From an uncultured archaeon (GTDB lineage: Archaea; Asgardarchaeota; Lokiarchaeia; Sigyniarchaeales; SOKP01): DNA of 64,000 nucleotides. The first letter of the stretch is position 1; each line of letters opens with the position of its first letter. The stretch lies in NCBI GenBank assembly GCA_964508365.1, contig CAZDTP010000014.1, positions 8,190 to 72,189 on the forward strand, in the 5' to 3' direction. The notes beneath the pieces were generated by a model. It searched no databases. It saw only the letters and a program-made list of their open reading frames with translations, and had not been told where the DNA came from. Made by a program: the position numbers and the translations under genes. Of this stretch, positions 1-9,900 are shown piece after piece.

Positions 1-1
1 G

Positions 2-1666
2 GCTTCGGAGAATCGAATAACAAGTGACCTCTACTTATCCCGAGATAAGAAACCATTGGCAAAGTGTATCTTCGATCTTTCGGGGGGTTCAGACCACTAC
101 ATGTCCTATGGTATCATTAGGCGTCGTTCAAGAACTCAAGTGTACCTAACTGGTAGATTTCACTTAGACACAACCACTTACGCCAGTCTTCACTTTTCTG
201 AAGGCAATATTCCCGGAGTTATTGAAGTTGCCCGCATATCGAGAATTACACTCCAAAGATTAAGTCGCGTGACCATCGGAGGAGCGCTCCAATCAATACA
301 GTTTTATTACGCTTACAAGCTTGACCATCTGATTCCTCCATTCAAGAAAAATCCCGAAGGGTTCAGTACTGGAATGGATTTAATAAAAAGCGACCGTGGT
401 GGTCATATCTTCGAACCAATCATTGGAGTATTTGACCAAGTGGTAGAACTAGATTTTTCCTCGATGTATCCTTCTTTAATGGCCAACTTTAACATCTCAT
501 CAGAGACTATAAATTGTAAGTGCTGCAAAGACGATGGCACTGGTATAAAAGTTCCGGGATTGGACTTTCATATTTGTTCAAAAAGGGAAGGTATTATATC
601 AAAAGCTATAAGTTTGCCATTAAAAAAGAGATTGAAGTACAAAGAATATGTCCGCAAAACTGGAAATGTTCGCTATAACTTCACAGATATCGCTCTTAAA
701 TGGGTGCTTGTAGTAAGTTTTGGATATTTAGGCTTCAAAAATGCTCGATTTGGAAAGATAGAAGCGCATCAGACAGTTTGTGCTTTTGCTCGCGAGTTTC
801 TCATGCGTTCTGCTGAGATCGCTGAAGAACACGGATGTAAAATTATACATGGAATTGTCGATTCAATATGGTTGAAAGACACAAAAAATCGGAGTCCTGA
901 AGAATTCGAACAAATCTCAATAGAAGTCTCAGAAGAAATCACTAAAAGCGTAGGTATTCCAATGAGCTGGGATGGAAGGTACAATGTAATTGTTTTTCTT
1001 CCCTCTCGTGCAGAACCAGACATCCCAGCGCTGAGTCACTATTGGGGTATTAAGATCGACGGAGAAATAAAAGTACGAGGCGTCGAAGTCCGACGTAGAG
1101 ATGTACCAAAAATCGTTAAAGACGCACAGTATGCGTTTATAGATGTGTTTCAGGGAGTAACTACGACCGAAGAATTCATGAGAAGAATCCCAAAAGCCAA
1201 GAGCATGCTCTACCGTTACATAGACAAGATAGAGACTGGTAAAGTTTCGCGTGATGAACTTACAATTCGCCAAAGAATTTCTAGAAAACCTTCACAATAC
1301 AAGGTAAACTCCTATCAAGCTGTTGCTGCAAGACAATTAGAAAGATCAGGTGTTGTGGTGACTCCTGGTAAAAATGTACGGTATATTATACTGAATGCCG
1401 AAGCTGATCCTGAATTTCCTGAGAAGAAGGTAATTCTATCAGACATCTACGACGATAAAAAGCATCAGTATGATAAGAAAAAATATGCCGAACTACTGAA
1501 AAGAGCTTTTGAAAGCATATTTCCTTTTGAGTTTCCTGAACTAGAAGAAATGGTGAAGTCAGATATCATGAGAAAATCTCATCAAATGGATATGTCTTGC
1601 TACATTAAGGAATCCGATTTAAAAAGTACTCAGCGTAATCGAAGATACGGCAATGATAAAGACTAG
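2..1666 (+). CDS. polB2: Family B DNA polymerase, PolB2 (Dpo2-like) group, 5'-truncated by window edge
   Basis: Frame is open from base 2. DFSSMYPS (region II); KWVLVVSFGY replaces KxxxNSxYG; HGIVDS replaces YGDTDS; KVRGVEVRRRD. These substitutions are typical of PolB2. Confidence 0.85.
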   Translation, partial: ASENRITSDLYLSRDKKPLAKCIFDLSGGSDHYMSYGIIRRRSRTQVYLTGRFHLDTTTYASLHFSEGNIPGVIEVARISRITLQRLSRVTIGGALQSIQFYYAYKLDHLIPPFKKNPEGFSTGMDLIKSDRGGHIFEPIIGVFDQVVELDFSSMYPSLMANFNISSETINCKCCKDDGTGIKVPGLDFHICSKREGIISKAISLPLKKRLKYKEYVRKTGNVRYNFTDIALKWVLVVSFGYLGFKNARFGKIEAHQTVCAFAREFLMRSAEIAEEHGCKIIHGIVDSIWLKDTKNRSPEEFEQISIEVSEEITKSVGIPMSWDGRYNVIVFLPSRAEPDIPALSHYWGIKIDGEIKVRGVEVRRRDVPKIVKDAQYAFIDVFQGVTTTEEFMRRIPKAKSMLYRYIDKIETGKVSRDELTIRQRISRKPSQYKVNSYQAVAARQLERSGVVVTPGKNVRYIILNAEADPEFPEKKVILSDIYDDKKHQYDKKKYAELLKRAFESIFPFEFPELEEMVKSDIMRKSHQMDMSCYIKESDLKSTQRNRRYGNDKD

Positions 1667-1808
1667 AGATTTGAGTAAATCTTCTGGCATTGGTGGAAGT
1701 AAATTAAAGGAAATCTTAAATTTTCTGGTTAGAGAAGGGCTTATTAAAGAATATACTACTAATCAGGGTGTAGGGCGACCTGGAATTAATTATAGTATAG
1801 TAGAATAA
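1623..1808 (+). CDS. Winged helix-turn-helix segment in the +1 frame relative to PolB2 (frameshifted tail or separate small ORF from ATG 1653)
   Basis: Reads KVLSVIEDTAMIKTRDLSKSSGIGGSKLKEILNFLVREGLIKEYTTNQGVGRPGINYSIVE*, a wHTH pattern with GRP wing. Not in the ORF track. Confidence 0.6.
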   Translation, partial: KVLSVIEDTAMIKTRDLSKSSGIGGSKLKEILNFLVREGLIKEYTTNQGVGRPGINYSIVE

Positions 1809-1845
1809 AAATATAAAAAAAAAAGAAAATAATTTTACGGTAAAA

Positions 1846-2400
1846 TTAGATAATAAAAGGAAACAGAAAGAAGTCTAAAAAGATAGCAACTAAACATATA
1901 AATTCCATTATAACCCATAAATTTCTTTTTATGCTCCTTAAACCTTTGAGGGATTTCCCTGAATAACTAATTGTATTGTAGATTATAATCATTATCCATG
2001 CAACTACCAAAAAAACGATAGGGAGCAATAACGCGTATAATACTTGTCCGATAAAGTCTAATAAGTACACATAACCCAAAATTGAAAAACCGATTATAAC
2101 TAAAGTAAAACCCATACCAAAAGTATATTCTGCGAAGCTCACGAATCGATTAACTTTTATCTCATCAAAATCCTCTAATTTTAGCTCAAATTGCGCCCTT
2201 GAATTTGCAGAAACAGAATTTACAAACAGAATAAATGCTATCATTAGCAAGAAAGTAACTGTAACAATTCCTCTTGTTGGAGGTACCTGCCATACTAAAG
2301 CAAGAATCGTTAATACTGCTCCAATCATGACAGTGCTAAGAACAATCCAATCCCTTACGTTTAAAATTGTGTTTTGGCTTTTCTCTTCCATTTTACTCAC
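1846..2400 (-). CDS. Hypothetical integral membrane protein (about 5 TM segments)
   Basis: 184-aa ORF with alternating hydrophobic stretches. Confidence 0.75.
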   Translation of the reverse strand: MSKMEEKSQNTILNVRDWIVLSTVMIGAVLTILALVWQVPPTRGIVTVTFLLMIAFILFVNSVSANSRAQFELKLEDFDEIKVNRFVSFAEYTFGMGFTLVIIGFSILGYVYLLDFIGQVLYALLLPIVFLVVAWIMIIIYNTISYSGKSLKGLRSIKRNLWVIMEFICLVAIFLDFFLFPFII

Positions 2401-2585
2401 GATAAATATTGTTTATATTTAATTTATTTTTTGAACTAATTATTATAAAATTTCTCTTTTTCATCAAAATTTAGTAATCAATTGAAGTTTTCGTATTTTT
2501 TTTGAATTTGTTCAGTTAATTGTTCAAAAAAATATTCAATATATTTATAAATGAATATTTCATATTAATGATATGAAGGTGGTTA

Positions 2586-3551
2586 ATGATGGAAATAATG
2601 AATGAAATGAATAGAAAAAAATTGATTATCGAATCACAAAAATATGGAGCTATAAGCCTACGGCGTCAAAAGTTAAGGGTGCATAAAAATGGAGCAAAAT
2701 TTCCTATAAGTAAAGCGTATATTGATGACGAACTCCTAGATCCTGAAATTTCTTATACTCTTATTTTAATACCTGAGATCAAGATTGCGAACCAAACAAT
2801 TGTTTCCCTAACTTTTTTTAATAGAAAAAGAGGACCACTTATCTACTATTATTTTCCTGAGAATTCTTTAAATATGACAGAAAAAGCTATCATAACCGAT
2901 ATAATGATGTCCGCATCTAATGAAAGATACTTTATTCAACAATCGAGTAATTTATCTTCATTAAATTATTATTTTGAAATTTACTCTGATTGGGCTCGCG
3001 GGAAGAAAGAGATGTTAATGATTAGTGTTATCCTCAATACGAAAATAACTAAGTCAATTGAAGACGTGGTTCTTTCGATTTGTATCGATTTTCAAACAGA
3101 ATTGACATCTATTAAAGATATCTACAAGGCATTATATGATAAATTTTTAGATTCATTTTCCGATGAAGAACAATCTGATATAGAAAAAATCAGTAGAGAT
3201 TTACATATGAAAATAAAAGAATTTTATAAAAAAATAAGAATGTTAAACAGTCAAAAATTTGCAAAGGTTATATTCAAAGGTTCAATGGAAATCGAAAAGA
3301 AATTAGACTTAACTCAAATAGCTCAAGGAATTCAAGAGGCAGAGTTTAATCCAGAGAGATTTCCAGGATTAGTTATGAAAATTGAGAAACCAAGCGCCAC
3401 AATTCTTTTATTTTCTGATGGTAAATTAATGATAACCAATTTGAAAAATACATCTGAAGTAGATACATTGGTTGATATTTTTATGGAAAAACTTAAGAGT
3501 ATAGGTATCATAATACCTAAACCAGAAATTACATTAGAAAGTACCAAATAA
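2586..3551 (+). CDS. Multidomain protein: AbrB-like N-terminus, longin/uDENN-like domain, single C-terminal TBP repeat
   Basis: FFNRKRGPLIYYYFP matches the uDENN/longin FDxxxGP-type start. LDLTQIA..AEFNPERFPGLVMKIEKPSATILLFSDGKLMIT is one TBP repeat. Confidence 0.75.
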   Translation: MMEIMNEMNRKKLIIESQKYGAISLRRQKLRVHKNGAKFPISKAYIDDELLDPEISYTLILIPEIKIANQTIVSLTFFNRKRGPLIYYYFPENSLNMTEKAIITDIMMSASNERYFIQQSSNLSSLNYYFEIYSDWARGKKEMLMISVILNTKITKSIEDVVLSICIDFQTELTSIKDIYKALYDKFLDSFSDEEQSDIEKISRDLHMKIKEFYKKIRMLNSQKFAKVIFKGSMEIEKKLDLTQIAQGIQEAEFNPERFPGLVMKIEKPSATILLFSDGKLMITNLKNTSEVDTLVDIFMEKLKSIGIIIPKPEITLESTK

Positions 3552-3713
3552 TTAGCTATTATTAGTTTAAAATTAAATAATTAATCACTTTTTTCTCACC
3601 TTTATTTAAAGTTAAATTATGTTCTCACGCTTTCTAATATCATTTTAAATATGATTTTTTAGTAATTTAACAGTCTCTATAGCTTTATTTTTGTTTAATG
3701 TTGAATTAAAATT

Positions 3714-3887
3714 ATGTCATCAAAAGTAGTCTCTTATTTCGATTGGTCCTTAGGATTTAGAAGTAATTCTCCTGTTAATTCTCCTAAATTTAAAAGTATG
3801 AAAAAATCCAGCTTGAATTCAATTGGAATATCAGATGATGAATTTAAGAACCATTTAAGTAAATGGAAGAAAAATAATCTTTCTTAA
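3714..3887 (+). CDS. Putative 57-aa small protein
   Basis: ATG..TAA ORF MSSKVVSYFDWSLGFRSNSPVNSPKFKSMKKSSLNSIGISDDEFKNHLSKWKKNNLS in an otherwise empty intergenic gap. Confidence 0.4.
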   Translation: MSSKVVSYFDWSLGFRSNSPVNSPKFKSMKKSSLNSIGISDDEFKNHLSKWKKNNLS

Positions 3888-3986
3888 ACCTAATAATTCA
3901 ACTACTTTTCGGATTTTCTTGTTTTATTTAATATATTTGTTCTTCATCTTAATTCTTAGAGTTCGAATAATAAAAACCAATTAAAA

Positions 3987-6900
3987 CTATATAACAATTT
4001 CAGCAAGATAAAGAACAACTAATAATATAGCCCAAATAACTGTTAGTACTATTAAAATTATAGTAGTATAAAACCTCCATTTTATTGAAATCTTCTGTTT
4101 CTTTTCAATTCTGTAAATATAAATCGCAAGTATTGCTCCTAATATAATTATTGAGGATAATATCAGAATTATTCCAAAAATAATTGAGGTTAGGTACGGT
4201 AATATTAAAGCAAATACGAATATGGTAAAACTTATCCAAAGTGTTATAAAACGTTGCATTCTTTGTTTAAAAGCTTGATCTAAATCATCTGTTTTCCCGG
4301 TAGGGAGCAAAGAGATTAAAATTCCTGAAGTCGCTATACCTAAAAGAGATGCGTGATCCCATCTCAACAGACCCAGAACAATGTTGGAAAAGAGCATCCC
4401 TACTATTATACCTATAAACAGGCACAAAATTGTTCCTATTAATCTAAAGTGCTTTTTTAAGAAATTGAGAGTGGAATAATAAAAATTAAGAAGGATATTT
4501 TTGACTTTAATAAGAACAAATCGTAAATTATCAATAATATTGTTTAAGAATTTTTTCAATTCTTCAAACATAAAAATAAACAAATATAACATCATTCCTA
4601 TTAATAACCAAGAGAAACTCCATCCAGATGAAGATAAATTAAAAGTAATTAAGCTTAATAGCAAAAACATTAATCCGGAGTATAAAAAGGAAAATAATTT
4701 GCTTTGTTTAAAAGGTTTGAATAGAACTAAATTTATTATCATAAAAATGAATAATGCTATGCTCAAGTTTAAAATTAGATTCGGATTTATAAAAAATTCT
4801 AATGTTATAAAAAGATCTAACGATAGAAGGGTTTCAATACAGATAAAACTTGAAATCCGAAGAAAATTCCTAGCCTTATCACTTACAACCTTAATATAAT
4901 TGTCGATGAAGGTCAAAATTAGTAAGATAATAAACGATAATATCGATAAATTAAACGAAATAAAATAATCTGGATTAATATAATATAAAGGCCATGTGAT
5001 TAAATCGAAGTAGACGATTAGAATTAGGCACTTTTTAATTTTGGATATATTGGAACTGATATAATCCCATTCTGATATTAACCTAAATAAGTATGCGATT
5101 TGTATTATAAAGAATATTATAGTGATAGGGAAAAGGTGTGGGAAAAACAATGAATTCCAATCAATGTAGAATAAGATCGAGAAACCTATCATAACGATCC
5201 ATGAAGTGATGATAAAAAAATTCGAGGTTTTCTTTAAAAACTTTAAAATAAACTTATCCAACAAACTAATCAAATGTGTTAGAATACTTAAAATCAGGAT
5301 AGCTATATGGAATACTATACCAAATGCAGTCAACGAATTAAAGATGTTGATTATTAGAAAGGCATATAAACCTATCCCTAAGAAATTCTGCCTATTAGTT
5401 TTCCATTTTCCAAATATTTCTAGCTTTTCGGGATTAATTTTACGCCTAATATTGAAATATGAGATGTTAGTGTAAAAGTGCATTAATAAAAATATCAAAA
5501 ATATATAGAAAAGTGAAGATATTGAAAAACCATATAAATATAATAAAATCAGAGAAAGAGTCCAGGAGATATTTAAGAAACTTAAACAGTGGACAACATC
5601 CATATATCCTGCTTTTAAACGCTTTATACCATATATTTCCAAAATACTAATTATGAATAGAATAATTTGAGAATAGAGTAGACTCTGGATTAAGCCCGTA
5701 AATAACACAAAGAGTCCGAGAAATAAGACCGAAATCTCTAAGTAAATTGTAAATACTAAAATTGAAAAGAGTTTCCTTGTTTTAGTAACCCATTCCTCGT
5801 TTTTTATGATATCTTTCGATAGATGTACCGTGTAATTAGTTAATAAAGTTTCAGACAGTATAACTAATGCCATTCTTAAAAAATCGAGGATTGCGAATGT
5901 TGTAAAGAGGGCGAGCCAAAAAATACCAAAAAATATTTGGAACGCTATGAAAGTAGAGAAAAGAATAATTTTCTTATACTTATCTTCGATTGTGCGATTT
6001 AAAAAACCATTTAACAGAAACATTAGAAATGAAAAGACAGCAAGAACGAAGCTCAAGGAAGGAATTCCTAATAATAATGGGTTGTAGGCTATTAACAGGT
6101 CATTTAAAAATAGAGAAAGGTATATACTAATCACAAGAAAAATAGTATTCAGTAGAATTGATTGAGATTGATTTTTAATTTCTTTTATTTTGCTAGCATC
6201 ATATTTGGTAACTTCTTCGATATAGTAAGAAAGGTAATGTAAAGTATAGAACTGTAAGACCAGAAATATTACTAAAGTTAACACAAATAATGTTGCATCC
6301 GTTCCTGTAATTTGGATAAAGTATATTAATCCTCCAACCGAAATTACAAGAAATGCTACGATATTAAACAAATAAGCGATCTTTTCTAAAATTCTCTTTA
6401 AAACATGGATATCTAATAAGGTGGAGAGGAAAAATATAGCAACGGATAATAATATCGCTCCATATAAGCTAATAGTTATTAATTCCTGAATCAATCCAAA
6501 ACTTAACAAACCAAGTTCAAAATGCGATAGTAGGGACATAATAGAATCGAATTTGGTCATACCATAATCCTTTTCAGACTCTTGTTCTTCGATTTTCTTC
6601 ATAAAAATTAATCTTGATATCGAAAAATAAGCAGAATAAATCAAAAGTGAAAGCAAAACAATATAATAGAGTGATTGAAATAATTCAATGAATAATATGA
6701 ATTGTAGAGTTAATAGTGTTAATGCTAAAGGTGTAATATACCACAAGATAAAACTATATTCATATAATACCGACCTAAGAAAAAGCAAATTGACAAATAT
6801 GAATATCGCACTCAATAAAAAGATAGATCCTGGCAAGAAAACATAAACCAATGATGAAAGAGTAAGCGATGTTCCAATCGATAAAATAGATAATGGAAAT

Positions 6901-9900
6901 ATTTTTTTAAGGGGCATTATCATTCGAAATCTGTTAAATACAAGAATTGAGCCGCCAAAAACAGTAATTGCTAAAGATAAAGCGATGATTTCGATATTAG
7001 GAATTAATATAAACGTGTTGTAGGTGAAAAATGAGAAATTTACAACTAGTATCGACGAGATAATGATGTTAAAAAAAGTTCTGTTGAGTTTAAGGATCCT
7101 AGAAGAAAACAGACTGAAAGCGAGTATTATAAAAGAGAGGTTAATTGATATAAAGAAATTTAGAATTATTGAATTTATGATCAAGAAAAGTGTTAGGAAA
7201 ATGCCAATTAGAGAAAGAAAATATGAACCTATCAGTATAATGTTCTTCAAATTTTTTAAATTTGGGAAAAATGATAAAATAACGAAAAAGAATCCCAATA
7301 CGATTAGATTAATTGATAAGTTAATTTCTAATGGTAATAATATTACTTGGAATAACATAAAAAGGAAGCTTATGTTTATGAAAATGTAGAATAACCATAA
7401 GAGAGTTATGATCTTCCACATTTTCATTCTATAAATAACCGGCATAAGAAGAGATACTGCAAAAACAAAAAACACTATATTTGTAATCACGATATTTTCA
7501 GAAAAAACATTTTGACTAAACCAGTATAAGAAGAACAAGCTAAAACTCCAAACTATTATTAGAATTGAAGAGAAATGTCTTTTAATCCATGAGTACCAAA
7601 AAGGTAGAGAAAGCAAAACACAAATTGTAAAACTTATTATAAATGAACCACTAATGTTGATTCCAAAGAGATTTAACGCATTAGTGTTAATATTAATATC
7701 GGTAAAACTCTCGTTAATGATATAAAAATTTACGAAGGGAACAATAATCCATAACCTCCACCCTGTTTTCCATATCACCCAAGAGAATTTCCAGTAGTAA
7801 AAACCTATTGATAGGTAGAATAGAAGAATGCCAATATTGATGGTTATAATAAGCAAGAAAGGATCCCATACAGGTAAATTAAAAGAGGCATTTAAGAAAA
7901 AATACATTAAAGTTGGAATAGAAATAATGTAGGATGAAAAAGCAATATAAAAAGAACGTCGTCTGAAATTCTCAGGAGCTTTATTATAGGTTCCCACATA
8001 AGAAATACTGGTAACGCTTAAAGTTAGAGTGAATGTCAGTATTGGATTAAAATCTATAAAAATGGGATTATTAAATAGAATATAATAAGACAAGAAACTT
8101 ATTAGGTTAAAAACCATAAGCAAAACACAAGGTCGGATGAACCACTTATAAAGATCATTTTTTTGCTTGTAGTAGAAATTACCTGTTAATATTAAAAATA
8201 AGAACAGAGAGAAAGAAATGTTATAAATTAAAGGAATTACGGTATTGTAGAGTAGTAAACTAAAGGTTATAATCGATATTAATATATATAAAGCGAATTT
8301 TTCGATTACATTAACATTCCGTATGTTTAACACAATAGAAAAGAACAAGACAATCATTAACGAAAAATTGAAATAAAAAAGATAAAAAGGGAAGTCGAAT
8401 ATATCGAATGAAGGAAGTAACATATAATAATTTAATGTTATAATCAATCTTACTAAAATTAACCAGCTGAGTGAGAAGTAGCTAATAATTCGAAATACAA
8501 AATTGCGATTCCTATTGGAAATAAAGAAGTAGATCATAATAATAAAAAATACATAAGCAAAATATTCGAAAACACTCGGAAAGATAGAAAAGAAAGAAAG
8601 CATAAGTAGAGATGGACCTAGTAATATTTTTATTAGTTTGAATTCAGACACATTCTCAATTGTATCATTGTATTTAACCAGATAATAATTGAACAACAAA
8701 TATATACCACAGAATAAAACAATAAGTCGTAATGGTTGATATATGCTGTAAAATGGAAAAATTTGACTGTAATTCCAATATAATTCACTGAATATAATAA
8801 TTAAGACAAAGTAGAAAATATAATAGATGAGTCTTTTATAAAGTGTTTGAGAATCATCAGAGATAAAAAAGTTATTTCTTAAATAATAAATAGTAATAGG
8901 ACTGATGAAGAGTACAATTACTAAAGGTAAACCAATCCTTTGTATCAGAGATAATTGAGCAGGAATAATAAGAATATAGAAACACAATAAAATTTTAATT
9001 ATTACCCATGCGGATAAATCAAAAGCCCACCTGATTCTTGAAAATTCAATTTTGAATAATTTACGACTGACAGTTGATACTATTAGGTAAGTTAACAAAA
9101 ATATTCCAACATATGTAGTTAAAGTTAATAGTATAGACTCTTGAAGCTGAAATAATGAATAAATATTATGAAATGGAAACAGGAAAATAGTAAGCGAAGC
9201 TACCATAAATTCGATGAAAAAATAAAATATGTTCTTAGTATATTCGTATATTTTGTAGATTCTGTAATAATCAAATTTACTTTGTTCGTTTTCAAATATC
9301 CGCTGCTTGAGATTTTCAATTGGAATTAAGATAATAAGATTCAAAACAAGAAATACTAATGAGGAACAACTGATATCGATTCCAACATTATGAGTTATGG
9401 AGTTTAATACCGCAAAAAACTTCGCAGAGATAATAAAAGATAAAATCACCCAGGTGATAACCTGGCAAGTTTTAATAGAAACGAAATAGGATTCTTTAAG
9501 TTTATATTTATCAAAGAGAAATTCTAAAAAAACTAAGAATCCAAAAAATAAAGCAATTGCAGCACTATTGATTATATAATAATCTACAGCTACACCTAAT
9601 CTATTAAAATCTAATCCTATTATATAAGGAAGCGAAATTACTAATCCAGATATGACTAAACTGTCTATTATTAACATTCTCTCCATAAATTTAATGAAAA
9701 CATTCTTATTTAGGGAATAAAACAGAGGTAATAATAGAGATATGCCTAAGATCAGCAGAGGAATATTATATGCATAAACAGAAGTAGATAGAAACAAAAA
9801 TAGATAAAAAGAGATGAGAATACTGGTGAAACACATAGTAACTATATTAAATCCATTCGAAATTTTTTCTGAAAACAAAATTCTCTTCTTTGATAAAAAA

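Noticed and set aside
1618-1624. T-TTA-AAA as a -1 ribosomal slippery site
   Set aside because: The wHTH lies in the +1 frame, so a -1 shift would not reach it.
1598-1642. BHB intron as the explanation for the PolB2/wHTH frameshift
   Set aside because: A 34-nt candidate (TGCT/AGCG) lacks both flanking helices and would delete wHTH helix 1; a 21-nt candidate does not change the frame.
4501-7389. Plus-strand ORFs (4501, 5206, 7024) within the giant membrane gene
   Set aside because: Ile/Lys/Asn-rich antisense shadows of a hydrophobic, T-rich coding strand.
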